Assembly (NCBI GenBank): GCA_046080425.1 | Contig: JBJTTY010000100.1 | Coordinates: 4,713 to 68,712 of the forward strand | DNA: 64,000 nucleotides | Direction of reading: 5' to 3' | From: Verrucomicrobiota bacterium | GTDB lineage: Bacteria; Verrucomicrobiota; Verrucomicrobiia; Opitutales; UBA953 | Shown here: positions 29,338-38,832 of the stretch, one piece after another | Layout: each line of letters starts with the position of its first letter | Numbering within the stretch: position 1 is the stretch's first letter | Made by a program: the position numbers and the translations under genes | The notes under the pieces: model-generated | Told to the model about the DNA's origin: nothing | Databases searched by the model: none | Seen by the model: only the letters and a program-made list of their open reading frames with translations

Positions 29338-31374
29338 ATGTCCCACGACCACCATCACGCCCCCGTCGCCTCCCGCTACGACCTCGCCCCTGAGCGCAGC
29401 GACATCGGCCTCATCCGCCCCGACCGCTTCACCGGCCTGCTCGACTGGCTGACCACCGTCGACCACAAGAAGATCGGCGTGCTCTACGGCGCCTTCGCCA
29501 TGTTCTTCTTCCTCGTCGGCGGCGTGGAGGCCCTCGCCATTCGCACCCAGCTGGCGCGGCCGGACAACGACTTCGTCACGGCGCGCATGTACAACCAGCT
29601 GTTCACCATGCACGGCACCACGATGATCTTCCTCGGGGTCATGCCGCTCTCCGCCGCGTTCTTCAACTTCCTCGTGCCCCTGCAGATCGGCGCGCGCGAC
29701 GTGGCCTTCCCGCGCCTCAACGCCTTCTCCCTCTGGGCCTTCGCCTTCGGCGCCTTCATCCTCAACGCCAGCTGGCTCTTCGAGTTCGCCCACCTCGCGG
29801 GCTGGCTCGGGTCCTTCGACTGGTACAACGCCCTCGTCTACCGCGACTTCGCGCCCGCCAACGGATGGTTCAGCTACGCCCCGCTCTCCGGCACCTTCGG
29901 CCAGGCCGACGCCGCCCTGCGCGCGCCCCGCTTCACCGGCGTGGGCACCGATTTCTGGATCATCGGCATCCAGATCCTCGGCATCGCTTCCCTCGCGGCC
30001 TCCTTCAACTTCATCTGCACCATCCTGAACATGCGCGCCAAGGGCATGACCATGATGCGCGTGCCGGTGTTCACCTGGATGGCCCTGGTCACCTCCTTCC
30101 TCATCATCCTGGCCTTCCCCGCGATCACCGTCGCGCTCATCCAGCTGATGTTCGACCGCCAGTTCGGCGCCAACTTCTTCAACCCGAGCGCCGGCGGCCA
30201 GCCCATCCTCTGGCAGCACCTCTTCTGGATCTTCGGACACCCTGAAGTCTACATCCTCGTCCTGCCCGCGATGGGCATCGTCTCCGAGGTCCTGCCGACC
30301 TTCTCGGGCAAGTCCCTCTTCGGCTACCCCATCGTCGTGTTCTCCGGCGCCGTGATCGGCTTCCTCGGCTTCGCCGTCTGGAGCCACCACATGTTCACCA
30401 CCGGCCTCGGCCCCGTGCCCACCGCCGCCTTCTCCCTCCTGACCATGGCGATCGCCGTGCCCACGGGCGTGAAGATCTTCAACTGGCTCGGCACCATCTG
30501 GGGCGGCCGCGTGCGTTTCACCCCGCCGATGGTGCTCTCCCTCGGCTTCATCTGGATGTTCATGTGCGGCGGCTTCTCCGGCATCATGCACTCCGCCGCC
30601 CCCGCGGACGCCCAGCAGCAGGACAGTTACTTCGTCATCGCGCACTTCCACTACGTGCTGCTCGGCGGCGTGCTCCTCGGCCTGATGTCCGGCCTCTACT
30701 TCTGGTTCCCGAAGATCTTCGGCCGCATGCCGAAGGCCAGCGTCGCCTACTGGGCGTCCGGCCTCGTCATCCTCGGCTTCAACCTCGCCTTCGGCCCGAT
30801 GCACTACCTCGGCCTGGCCGGACAGCCGCGGCGCACGCACACCTACCACGCCGGCTTCGGCTGGGAGACCTGGAACCTCGTCGCCACGATCGGCGCGTTC
30901 ATCCTCGGCATCGGCGTCTTCATCGCCTTCGCCAACCTCGTCTGGACCGCCTTCCGCGGCGAGAAGTGCGCCTCCGACCCGTGGGACGGACGCACCCTCG
31001 AGTGGTCGCTGCCCTCGCCCGTGCCCGAGTACAACTTCGCCCGCAGCCCGGTAATCGCCTGCCGCGACGCCTTCTTCGCCCACAAGCACGGCCCGCACCG
31101 CATCGCGTATGAGCAGGACGGCGGTGAGGCCGGCGTCCACATGCCGAGCCAGTCATGGATGCCGCTGCTCGCCGCGAGCGGCTTCCTCCTCGCCGGCATC
31201 GGCATGCCGATGTCCGCCATGGGCGTCCCGCACGCCGGCTGGGTCGTCATCGCCGGGCTCGGCGTGCTCTTCATCGGCATCTGGCTCTGGGCCCTCGAGG
31301 GTCCCGGCGGCTACATGCTGAAGACCCCCGTCTCCGCCGCGCCCTCACCCGCCGAGGCCTCCGCCGCCCGCTGA
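29338..31374 (+). CDS. coxA: Cytochrome c oxidase subunit I (heme-copper oxidase) with about 120-aa C-terminal extension
   Basis: 678 aa. Conserved WFFGHPEVY-like LFWIFGHPEVYIL and HHMF blocks. The extension carries two extra predicted TM helices. Confidence 0.95.
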   Translation: MSHDHHHAPVASRYDLAPERSDIGLIRPDRFTGLLDWLTTVDHKKIGVLYGAFAMFFFLVGGVEALAIRTQLARPDNDFVTARMYNQLFTMHGTTMIFLGVMPLSAAFFNFLVPLQIGARDVAFPRLNAFSLWAFAFGAFILNASWLFEFAHLAGWLGSFDWYNALVYRDFAPANGWFSYAPLSGTFGQADAALRAPRFTGVGTDFWIIGIQILGIASLAASFNFICTILNMRAKGMTMMRVPVFTWMALVTSFLIILAFPAITVALIQLMFDRQFGANFFNPSAGGQPILWQHLFWIFGHPEVYILVLPAMGIVSEVLPTFSGKSLFGYPIVVFSGAVIGFLGFAVWSHHMFTTGLGPVPTAAFSLLTMAIAVPTGVKIFNWLGTIWGGRVRFTPPMVLSLGFIWMFMCGGFSGIMHSAAPADAQQQDSYFVIAHFHYVLLGGVLLGLMSGLYFWFPKIFGRMPKASVAYWASGLVILGFNLAFGPMHYLGLAGQPRRTHTYHAGFGWETWNLVATIGAFILGIGVFIAFANLVWTAFRGEKCASDPWDGRTLEWSLPSPVPEYNFARSPVIACRDAFFAHKHGPHRIAYEQDGGEAGVHMPSQSWMPLLAASGFLLAGIGMPMSAMGVPHAGWVVIAGLGVLFIGIWLWALEGPGGYMLKTPVSAAPSPAEASAAR

Positions 31375-31395
31375 AGGAGCCCCCTCCCGACTTCC

Positions 31396-32079
31396 ATGTC
31401 CCATTCAGCCGCCCACGCCCACGAGGCCCCGACCTCGACCGGGATCGACCACAAGAAGCTCATCATGTGGCTCTTCCTGGCCTCCGACTGCATGTTCTTC
31501 GGGACGCTGATCTCGACCCACCTGCTCTACCGGAAGCTCTACCCGACCGGCTTCACCGACGCCGAGGGCCACCAGCGCTTCGTCCAGCGCCTCTTCGACA
31601 TCGAGCTCACGTCGTTCTCGACGTTCATCCTGCTGATGTCCTCGTTCCTGATGGCCCTCGCGGTCTCCGCCATGCACAAGGGCGGCCAGCTGAAGTCCTT
31701 CCGCCGGAACGTGCTCGGCGTGATCGTCTTCGGCCTGATCTTCCTGGGCTGCCAGGTGTACGAGTTCACGCACTTCTACCACCAGGGGTTGACCGTCCAG
31801 AACAGCGTCTTCGGGTCCACGTTCTACGTGCTCACCGGCACGCACGGCACGCACGTCGCCATCGGCGTGCTCTGGCTCGTCCTCCTCTACTTCTACAGCT
31901 TCACCGGACGCCTCGGCGGCCACGTGGGTGCCCTCGACGTCGAGGTGGCCGGCCTCTACTGGCACTTCGTCGACATCGTCTGGATCATCATCTTCACCGC
32001 CGTCTACCTCGTCGAGTACCTCGGCCCCGACGGCATCTGGGGCAACGGACTCCCGCCCGTCCCCGGCGTCACCCGCTGA
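31396..32079 (+). CDS. coxC: Cytochrome c oxidase subunit III
   Basis: 227 aa. Typical LFLASDCMFFG and YWHFVDIVWI blocks. Confidence 0.9.
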   Translation: MSHSAAHAHEAPTSTGIDHKKLIMWLFLASDCMFFGTLISTHLLYRKLYPTGFTDAEGHQRFVQRLFDIELTSFSTFILLMSSFLMALAVSAMHKGGQLKSFRRNVLGVIVFGLIFLGCQVYEFTHFYHQGLTVQNSVFGSTFYVLTGTHGTHVAIGVLWLVLLYFYSFTGRLGGHVGALDVEVAGLYWHFVDIVWIIIFTAVYLVEYLGPDGIWGNGLPPVPGVTR

Positions 32080-32092
32080 ACTGAAAGAGCCC

Positions 32093-32437
32093 ATGTCCCA
32101 CGCCCACGCCCACGAGGCCGCCGACCCCGCCCTGCTCGCCGAGGAGGCGCGCCGCTACCACCACTTCATCACGCTGGCCCTCTGGCTCGCGGTGGTGACG
32201 GGGATCGAAATCGTCCTCATCTACCTTCCGCTCCCCGCCGGCGTCCTCCTGACCACGCTCGCCGTGCTCTCCGCCGGCAAGTTCTTCGCGGTCATCCTGT
32301 GGTTCATGCACCTGATCTACGACAAGCGCCTGCTCTTCTGGCTCTTCATGTCGGGCCTGGTGCTGGCCTTCGCGACGTTCGCCGCGATGATCGCCCTGTT
32401 CGACGCGGGCCGCATCGACACCAAGTGGTTCGGCTGA
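32093..32437 (+). CDS. Cytochrome c oxidase subunit IV family protein (prokaryotic)
   Basis: The ATG at 32093 within track ORF 31928-32437 gives 114 aa with three hydrophobic helices. Position after coxC is typical. Confidence 0.75.
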   Translation: MSHAHAHEAADPALLAEEARRYHHFITLALWLAVVTGIEIVLIYLPLPAGVLLTTLAVLSAGKFFAVILWFMHLIYDKRLLFWLFMSGLVLAFATFAAMIALFDAGRIDTKWFG

Positions 32438-32465
32438 GGCCGGACCGCCGGCCCCCGCCGGCCGC

Positions 32466-33245
32466 ATGAACGTCCCGCTCCACTGGCACACCGAGCCGTT
32501 GCTGCTGGCCACGGTCGTCGGCGCCTCCTGGGCCTACGCGCTGGCCACCGGACCCTGGCGCGTCGTCTGCGCGCCCGCCCTCGACCGGTTTCCCGTCTGG
32601 CGCGCCGCGCGCTTCCACCTCGGCGTGGCGGCGGCCTACATAGCCGTCGGGTCGCCCCTCGACCAGCTCGGCGAGTCGTTCCTCTTCTGGGCCCACATGC
32701 TGCAGCACATGCTGCTCATCTACGTCGCCGCGCCGCTCATCGTCAGCGGCCTGCCGCCGGAGCTGACCGATCCGTTCCTGGAGCGCCGGCCGCGGCTGCG
32801 GGCCGTCCTGCGGGCCCTGACCCATCCGGTGGCGGCCGGCGCGCTCTTCACCCTGGTCTTCTCGGTCTGGCACTTCCCCGAGCTCTATGAGGCGGCGCTC
32901 AGCGACAAGACCCTGCACGTGATCGAGCACTGGAGCATGTTCGTGCCGGCGCTGCTCATGGTCTGGCCGCTCGTCTCGCCTTCGGCCGTGCTTCCGCGCC
33001 TCGGGCCCGGCGCGATGATGCTCTACGCCTTCGCCCTCATGGTCGGCGACCTGCCGCTCTGGGGCGCGCTCATCTTCGGCGACCATCCCGTCTATGAGAC
33101 CTACCGTCTGGCGCCGCGCGTCTCGGGCCTCGCCCCCATGGACGACATGATCCTCGGGGCGGCCCTGATGAAGGGCTTCAACGAGTTCTTCGCCCTGGGC
33201 TTCATGACCTGGGCCTTCTTCACCTGGTACCGCCGGGACCGCTGA
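32466..33245 (+). CDS. ctaG: Cytochrome c oxidase assembly factor CtaG (caa3 type membrane protein)
   Basis: 259 aa, polytopic. HMLQHMLLIYVAAPL block typical of Caa3_CtaG proteins. Last gene of the cox operon. Confidence 0.8.
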   Translation: MNVPLHWHTEPLLLATVVGASWAYALATGPWRVVCAPALDRFPVWRAARFHLGVAAAYIAVGSPLDQLGESFLFWAHMLQHMLLIYVAAPLIVSGLPPELTDPFLERRPRLRAVLRALTHPVAAGALFTLVFSVWHFPELYEAALSDKTLHVIEHWSMFVPALLMVWPLVSPSAVLPRLGPGAMMLYAFALMVGDLPLWGALIFGDHPVYETYRLAPRVSGLAPMDDMILGAALMKGFNEFFALGFMTWAFFTWYRRDR

Positions 33246-33252
33246 GCGCGGG

Positions 33253-34386
33253 TCAGCGACGCTCGGCCCGGCAGAGCATCCAGCCCCCCGCGGCGGCCAC
33301 GCTGAGCGCCGGAAGCCAGATCACCGCCTCGGGCAGGAGCTCCGGGTCCTTCACCCAGCCCGCGGCCGAGGTCAGCAGGTAGTAGACGAGCGCGACGGCG
33401 ATGCCGACCGCCGCGTTCACGAAGGTCTCCTTGCGGCCGACCTTCACCGCCAGGGGCACGGCGAGCAGCGCCAGGGCGAAGATGGAGAACGCGCCGGCCA
33501 GGTGTGCCATCAGCTGGGTGCGCACGGCCGACTTCGAGGCCTCGACCTGGGCCGGGGTGGCGTCACGCGGCAGATTCCAGCCCCTCTCGGCGCCTTCCAG
33601 CAGTTCCGAGAAGGTGAGCCAGCGCAGCTTGCGTACAAAGACGTCGCCGACGCTGCCGCGCGCCTCGGGCAGCGCAAGCGACGCGGTCCCCGCCGTTGCG
33701 AAGGCCGCGGGCTTGGCGAGGTCGCCGCCGCGGGAGTCCATCCGCGCCTCGGTGAGCTCGATGCGCAGGGAGGCCTTCCCGTCCTTGCCCGTTTCCCGGA
33801 CGATGCGGGCCTCCCGGGCGTGCACGGTCTGCACCAGCCGGTCCTTGTCATCGACTCGCCAGGCCCAGAAGTCGGTCAGCACCTCGCCCTGCCGTCCTCC
33901 TGCCCGGATCACGAGGCCCTCGAAGCTGCGGTTGAGCTGTCCGGGGATGATGACGGCCGCCGGGTTGTCGTTCGCGGCGCCCATTAGCAGCCGGCGGAAT
34001 TCGGTGTTCGCCCAGGGCGCGACTTCCAGGTTGAGCCAGGCGCTAATCACGGCGAGCGCTCCGGCGGCCATGAAGGCGGGCCGGGCGGCCCGGGCCAGGC
34101 TGACGCCTCCGGCCCTCATGGCGGTCAGCTCATGCTGCGCGGAGAGCCGGCCGAAGGCGAGGAGGATGCCCGTGAGGGCGCCGAGCGGCAGCGCGTAGGG
34201 CAGGAGCCCCGGCAGGAGGAGCAGGATCAGTTCCACCCCCTCCCAGCCGTCCACGCGGCCGGCCGCCACTGCGCCCGCCACCTGCTTGAGCACGTTGCCT
34301 GCGGTGAGCAGGAAGAGCAGCACGGCGGTCGAGCCGCCCACGGCGACGGCGGTCTCGGTCAGCACGAGGCGGTCCAGGATGCGCAC
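33253..34386 (-). CDS. LptF/LptG family permease (YjgP/YjgQ)
   Basis: GTG at 34386 gives 377 aa starting VRILDRLVLTETAVAVGGSTAVLLFLL, a typical LptF/G N terminus. 6-TM layout with a periplasmic beta-jellyroll insert. The upstream part of the track ORF is Arg/Pro-rich junk. Confidence 0.8.
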   Translation of the reverse strand: MRILDRLVLTETAVAVGGSTAVLLFLLTAGNVLKQVAGAVAAGRVDGWEGVELILLLLPGLLPYALPLGALTGILLAFGRLSAQHELTAMRAGGVSLARAARPAFMAAGALAVISAWLNLEVAPWANTEFRRLLMGAANDNPAAVIIPGQLNRSFEGLVIRAGGRQGEVLTDFWAWRVDDKDRLVQTVHAREARIVRETGKDGKASLRIELTEARMDSRGGDLAKPAAFATAGTASLALPEARGSVGDVFVRKLRWLTFSELLEGAERGWNLPRDATPAQVEASKSAVRTQLMAHLAGAFSIFALALLAVPLAVKVGRKETFVNAAVGIAVALVYYLLTSAAGWVKDPELLPEAVIWLPALSVAAAGGWMLCRAERR

Positions 34387-34432
34387 GCCGGCATCCAACC
34401 TGCGCCCGGGCCTCCTGTCGACGGCGAAAGGG

Positions 34433-35188
34433 CTAAGGGCTGTCCGGCACGGCCCGCGACGGCAGGGCGAACGCCTCCACCGATTCGATCTCGCCGGCGC
34501 GCACCCAGCCGGCCCGGCCGTCCGAGGCGCGCACCCGCACATGGCCGTTGAGCTTACGTCCGGCGCGCACCATGTCGCCTTCCTCGAAGGAGCCGACGGC
34601 CTCGCCGTCCGCGGTCGGGGTCAGGCGCAGCGGCGTCTCGGCGCGGCGGACCACGGCGCGGTCCGCCCGGCTGTGGGCGCCCCAGATGCCGGGCAGGGCG
34701 AGCACGAACGCCGTGAGGCCGGCGAGCAGGAGCGCGTTGGCCCACGGCCCGGGCCGTCTTCCCGTCATACGCGGCACGAGCAGCGCGGCGACGGCCGTCC
34801 AGAAGGCCGCGGCGGCGGCGAGCGTCCAGGCGTCGGAAGGCAGGAAGGAGGCGTAGCGCTCGAGCCAGTTTGCGGGCGGGCGCTTGGCGCCGCCGGCGTT
34901 CTGCGCGTGGCGGATGCCGGCGAGGGCGACGGGGTCGGCCGGATCGATGAGCAGCGCGCGTTCCCAGCAGAGCACGGCGCGGGCCTTGTGGCCGAGCCGC
35001 CACTCCGCGTTGCCCAGCGCGGCGAGCAGTCCGGAGGTCACGCCTTCCCGGGCCGCGCGTTCTTCCCAGAGACGGACGGACTCCGCGTATTCGCCCTTGG
35101 CGTAGGCCTGGGCCGCTGGATCTTCAGCGGCCGGCAGCGCGGCCCAGGCGAGGAACAGGAGCAGGGCTGACGCGAGGAACGTTCTCAT
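34433..35188 (-). CDS. batE: BatE-like protein (signal peptide, TPR repeats, TM segments, C-terminal SH3b-like domain)
   Basis: ATG at 35188 overlaps the batD stop (ATGA), giving 251 aa starting MRTFLASALLLFLAWAALPAAE. TPR-like AQAYAKGEYAESVRLWE. C-terminal GDMVRAGRKLNGHVRVRASDGRAGWV. Confidence 0.7.
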   Translation of the reverse strand: MRTFLASALLLFLAWAALPAAEDPAAQAYAKGEYAESVRLWEERAAREGVTSGLLAALGNAEWRLGHKARAVLCWERALLIDPADPVALAGIRHAQNAGGAKRPPANWLERYASFLPSDAWTLAAAAAFWTAVAALLVPRMTGRRPGPWANALLLAGLTAFVLALPGIWGAHSRADRAVVRRAETPLRLTPTADGEAVGSFEEGDMVRAGRKLNGHVRVRASDGRAGWVRAGEIESVEAFALPSRAVPDSP

Positions 35189-36846
35189 CGGATGCGCGTG
35201 AGTTCGGAGAGGAGGGACTGGACCGCGTCCGCGTCGGCCTCGAGGGAGGGGAGGTCGGAGGCGCCGAACTTCACGCCGTCGGCCCGGAGGAAGGTGCGCG
35301 CGACCGGTTCGGCGCGGGCCTCGGGGATCGCTCGGAGCACGTCGCCCGCGGTCAGCGCCTCCGGTTCCGCCTCGAGGAGATAGGCGCAGCCCGCCCGCAG
35401 TCCGCGCACGGCGGCGCGGGCGAAGGCGTCCCAGTCGCCGCGTCGTCGGGCGGCGGCGGCCGCGCCGAGGGCCATCGCGGCCGCTCGCCTCGCCCGTGCG
35501 CGCGGGATGAAGCGCGGGTTGCGGGTCAGGAAGGCGGCGACGCCCACGAACGCCGAGCCGGCCAGCGCCAGTGCGGCGAAGGCGGAGTTGGTGCGCCAGA
35601 ATCCGTCCGCGGAGGCGATGTCCTGCAGGACGGAGGGCCGCAGCGAGCGTGAGCCGGCCGAGGGCGCCAGCAGTCCGGTCACCGCGCCGGGCGCGGCGGG
35701 GTCGGCCCCGCGGGCCGTCGGCGTCAGTTCGACCTTGGCCGGCGCCTCGCCGGTGACGTTCACCTCCTGAGGCGAGAAGACGGCCTCGCTGAACTTGCGC
35801 GTCTCCGGATCGAAGACGCTGATGCGCACGGCGGGGGTCATCAGCTGTCCGGGTAGCCGCGGGACCAGGCGCCAGGTGAAGGCGCGCTGCGTGTCTGCGC
35901 GCCGCCGCCGCTCGGGCGCGGGCAGCACGTCCCACTGCTCGCCGCCTCGCAGTTCGGGCGGCACGATGCGGTCGAGGTTGCCCTCGCCGGAGAGGAGCGC
36001 GCGGAACTGGATAGGCTCGCCCACCTCGGGCGTCAGGTTGGAGATCTGCACGGCCTCGGCCGTGAAGCGGCCGACCGCTCCGCCCCAGTCGGCCGGCCGC
36101 CCCTCCTGGGGCACGCGTTCGACGCGGATCTTGCGGGAGAAGGTGAACGGCCGGTCGCGTCCCGCCGCGCTGAAGGCCCCGAAGCCGCCGGGCTGCACCA
36201 GCATGATGCCGCCCACGTTGAACTCAGCGGGTCCGGGGCGGATGGGCGTGAGTTCGAAGCGGATGGCGCGGCCGAGGCCGTCGGGCAGGTCCTCGTCGTC
36301 GGAGGTGACGGCGAAGCTGAAGCCCTCCGCCGAGGTCTCGAGTCCGAAGGCGCCCGTCACGGGCTCGGTCTCGCTGCCGCGCAGCAGCACCGCGCCGCGG
36401 ATGCGCTCGCCGACGAAGAAGGAGCGGTCCGGCAGCTCGAGCTCGGCCCGGGCCACGCCCTCCTTGCGGAAGCCCGTGCCCTCGCGGACGCGCACCGTCA
36501 CTCCGCTCACGGTGAAGACCTTGCCGGAGAACCGCGCCAGGAAGTCCGGGATCACGTGGTCGGCGGCCCGTTCCGGCGCCACGCCCGAGAAGTTGAGCAG
36601 CGCCTCGTTGGAGCCCGCGCGGAAGATCTGTCCGGAGAAGCGCAGCGCCATGCCGTCGGGCGCCCGCAGGTCCTTGCCGATGCGCTCCGCCGGGCCGAGC
36701 GGCGTGCTCGACTCGATGCGCACCTGCAGCCGGAAGGGCTGTCCGGGGCCGCAGACCGGGGGCGTGACCTCCCAGCTGACGACGTCCTGCTGCGCGCCGA
36801 GGAGGGCGGCGAGCAGGCAGGCGAAGGACGTCAGGAGGGCGCGCAT
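35185..36846 (-). CDS. batD: BatD-like oxygen-tolerance protein
   Basis: 553 aa. Signal peptide MRALLTSFACLLAALLGAQQ, a C-terminal TM segment and a cytoplasmic tail. Position in the bat operon supports the call. Confidence 0.75.
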   Translation of the reverse strand: MRALLTSFACLLAALLGAQQDVVSWEVTPPVCGPGQPFRLQVRIESSTPLGPAERIGKDLRAPDGMALRFSGQIFRAGSNEALLNFSGVAPERAADHVIPDFLARFSGKVFTVSGVTVRVREGTGFRKEGVARAELELPDRSFFVGERIRGAVLLRGSETEPVTGAFGLETSAEGFSFAVTSDDEDLPDGLGRAIRFELTPIRPGPAEFNVGGIMLVQPGGFGAFSAAGRDRPFTFSRKIRVERVPQEGRPADWGGAVGRFTAEAVQISNLTPEVGEPIQFRALLSGEGNLDRIVPPELRGGEQWDVLPAPERRRRADTQRAFTWRLVPRLPGQLMTPAVRISVFDPETRKFSEAVFSPQEVNVTGEAPAKVELTPTARGADPAAPGAVTGLLAPSAGSRSLRPSVLQDIASADGFWRTNSAFAALALAGSAFVGVAAFLTRNPRFIPRARARRAAAMALGAAAAARRRGDWDAFARAAVRGLRAGCAYLLEAEPEALTAGDVLRAIPEARAEPVARTFLRADGVKFGASDLPSLEADADAVQSLLSELTRIR

Positions 36847-36849
36847 GGC

Positions 36850-37812
36850 TCAGTAGTCCTTGCCTTTCCGTTCCTCGGGCTTTCCGCCGGCGCCGGGCTG
36901 CTCGCCGGGCCTGCGGCCCGAGGGCATCTTGCGACCGAACTCGTTGCGCAGGCCCTCGAGCGCGCCGCGGGCCTCCTGTTCGTCCATGCGGCGCTCCTCG
37001 CCTTCGCGCTGCTCGGTGCGTCCGCCCTGCTGCGGGCGGGGCCGGCGGCGCTCGGGCGGGAAGAGGTCCTCGTCGTCTTCCCCCTCCTGCGCCTGCGGCG
37101 GCAGCTGGTCGTCGGGCAGGCGCCGGATGAGCTCGCGGATCGTCTCGCGCAGCTCCTCGAGCTTCTTGCGCTGGATCTCGACCGTCTCCTCGAGGTCGGC
37201 CGACTGCCTGCGGAGCGCGCGGAGCAGCTCCTCGACCGATTCGGCGTTGGACTTTGCGGCTGCGTCCGTGCCGTCCAGCTCGTTCGCGCCGCGAAAGTCG
37301 GCGATCGACCGCGTCCAGGCGGCGACGGCCTGCCCGCGGCGCCCCAGCATGGCCTCCTCCTTGGGGATGAGCTTGCGGAGTTCGCGGAACGTGCCGATGC
37401 CGCCGGCGAGCGCGGCCTGGGCCGGCACGTAGTCGGGCTCGACGCCCGCCTTCTTGGCGTCGTCGAGGTGCTGGATCTGGTCCTGCATGTCGGCGATGTC
37501 GGCGTCCGCGGCCTCCACGAAGGAGCGGGCGACGGTCACTTCGGTCAGGTCGCCCGAGGTCCGTCCCTTGAGCGCGTCGCGGCCCTTGCCGAAGCGCACG
37601 TGTCCGAGGTTGTGGAGCGCGGGCGGACGGAGCGCGTCCACGTCACGGCCGAGCGAGGCGCGCAGCGCCTCCTCGGCGCCGGCGTGGTCCCCGGCCCTGA
37701 GGCGGGCGGTGCCGAGGTTGTGCAGCTCCCGGGCGTCGAGGTCCCGGAGCGGATCCTCCGCCGCGGCGGCGGATGCGCCGACGAGCAGCGCGGCGATGAC
37801 GATGGGCTTCAT
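36850..37812 (-). CDS. batC: BatC-like TPR protein with charged C-terminal tail
   Basis: 320 aa. Signal peptide MKPIVIAALLVGASAAAAE, TPR-like NLGTARLRAGDHAGAEEAL, highly charged E/R/D-rich C terminus. Confidence 0.65.
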   Translation of the reverse strand: MKPIVIAALLVGASAAAAEDPLRDLDARELHNLGTARLRAGDHAGAEEALRASLGRDVDALRPPALHNLGHVRFGKGRDALKGRTSGDLTEVTVARSFVEAADADIADMQDQIQHLDDAKKAGVEPDYVPAQAALAGGIGTFRELRKLIPKEEAMLGRRGQAVAAWTRSIADFRGANELDGTDAAAKSNAESVEELLRALRRQSADLEETVEIQRKKLEELRETIRELIRRLPDDQLPPQAQEGEDDEDLFPPERRRPRPQQGGRTEQREGEERRMDEQEARGALEGLRNEFGRKMPSGRRPGEQPGAGGKPEERKGKDY

Positions 37813-38828
37813 GAGGCTTCGGCCGCCAGGCGGCGGCGGGTGGAGAGGAGCGTCTCGCCGACGAGCAGCAGCAGCGCGAGGGTCACGAACCAGTGTTCGC
37901 GGGGCACGCCCTGGCGGCCGGCGTGTGCGGAGTCGGTGCCGGCCTCGACCGCGAGGCGCAGCGCCTCCATGCCTTCGCCCGCCATCCCGAGCAGCACGAA
38001 GCGCCCGCCCGCCGCCTCGGCGACCTTGCTCAGCGTGGATTCGTCGAGCCGGCTGACCACCGCGGCGCCCTCCGCGTCCTTGAGCGTCTCGAGCGTGCCG
38101 AGCGGACCGACGATGGAGATGGTGCCGCCCGCGGCGGTTCCGACCCCGACGGCGTGCACGATGAGCCCGTTGCGCGCGAGGCGCTTGGCGGCGTCGACGC
38201 CGCCGGACTCCAGGTCCTCGCCGTCGGTCAGCAGGATGACCAGCTTGCGGCTGCGGTTGGGCGCGAAGGCGGCCTCCGCCTCCTCGAGCGCGCGCCCGAT
38301 GTCGGTGCCCGTGACCTGGATGACGGAAGTGTCGGTCTCCTCCAGCGCCCGGTTGAACGCGTCATAGTCGCGGGTCAGCGGGCACTGCAGGAAGGCCTGG
38401 CCGGCGAAGGCGACGAGGCCCACGCTGCCCGTGCCCTTCGCCTTCACGAAGGCAGAGACGGAGGCCTTGGCGCGGGCGAGCCGCGACGGGCGGGCGTCCC
38501 CCGCCATCATCGACTTCGAGACATCGAGCACGAAGACCACGTCCTCGGTCGAGGCGCGCGCCGCGGTCGTGACGTAGCCCCACCGCGGTCCGGCGGCCGC
38601 GACGCCCAGCAGCAGCACGGACGCGGCCACCGCCAGGTCCTTGGTGAGACGCCGGGCCGGCGAATGTCCCGCGAGCAGGCGGGCGAGCAGCCGCTCCGCC
38701 GCGAAGCCGGCCAGTCCCGACCTTCGACGCGCGTCAGCCCAGCGCAGTCCGCCGAGGGCGAGCCCGGCGGCGACGACGGCGGCGAGCAGCAGGAGCGGGC
38801 GTTCGAAATGCGGGTCGGAGAAGTCCAC
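37809..38828 (-). CDS. batB: BatB-like VWA domain membrane protein
   Basis: GTG at 38828, 4 nt after the batA stop, gives 339 aa starting VDFSDPHFERPLLLLAAVV. MIDAS motif VLDVSKSM. C-terminal TM segment. Confidence 0.8.
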   Translation of the reverse strand: MDFSDPHFERPLLLLAAVVAAGLALGGLRWADARRRSGLAGFAAERLLARLLAGHSPARRLTKDLAVAASVLLLGVAAAGPRWGYVTTAARASTEDVVFVLDVSKSMMAGDARPSRLARAKASVSAFVKAKGTGSVGLVAFAGQAFLQCPLTRDYDAFNRALEETDTSVIQVTGTDIGRALEEAEAAFAPNRSRKLVILLTDGEDLESGGVDAAKRLARNGLIVHAVGVGTAAGGTISIVGPLGTLETLKDAEGAAVVSRLDESTLSKVAEAAGGRFVLLGMAGEGMEALRLAVEAGTDSAHAGRQGVPREHWFVTLALLLLVGETLLSTRRRLAAEAS

Positions 38829-38832
38829 GGTC

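Noticed and set aside
28366-31140. 924-aa minus-strand ORF antisense to coxB/coxA
   Set aside because: Same GC artefact. The product is Gly/Glu/Ala/Asp/His-rich and mirrors the codon periodicity of the oxidase genes. No independent start context or motifs.
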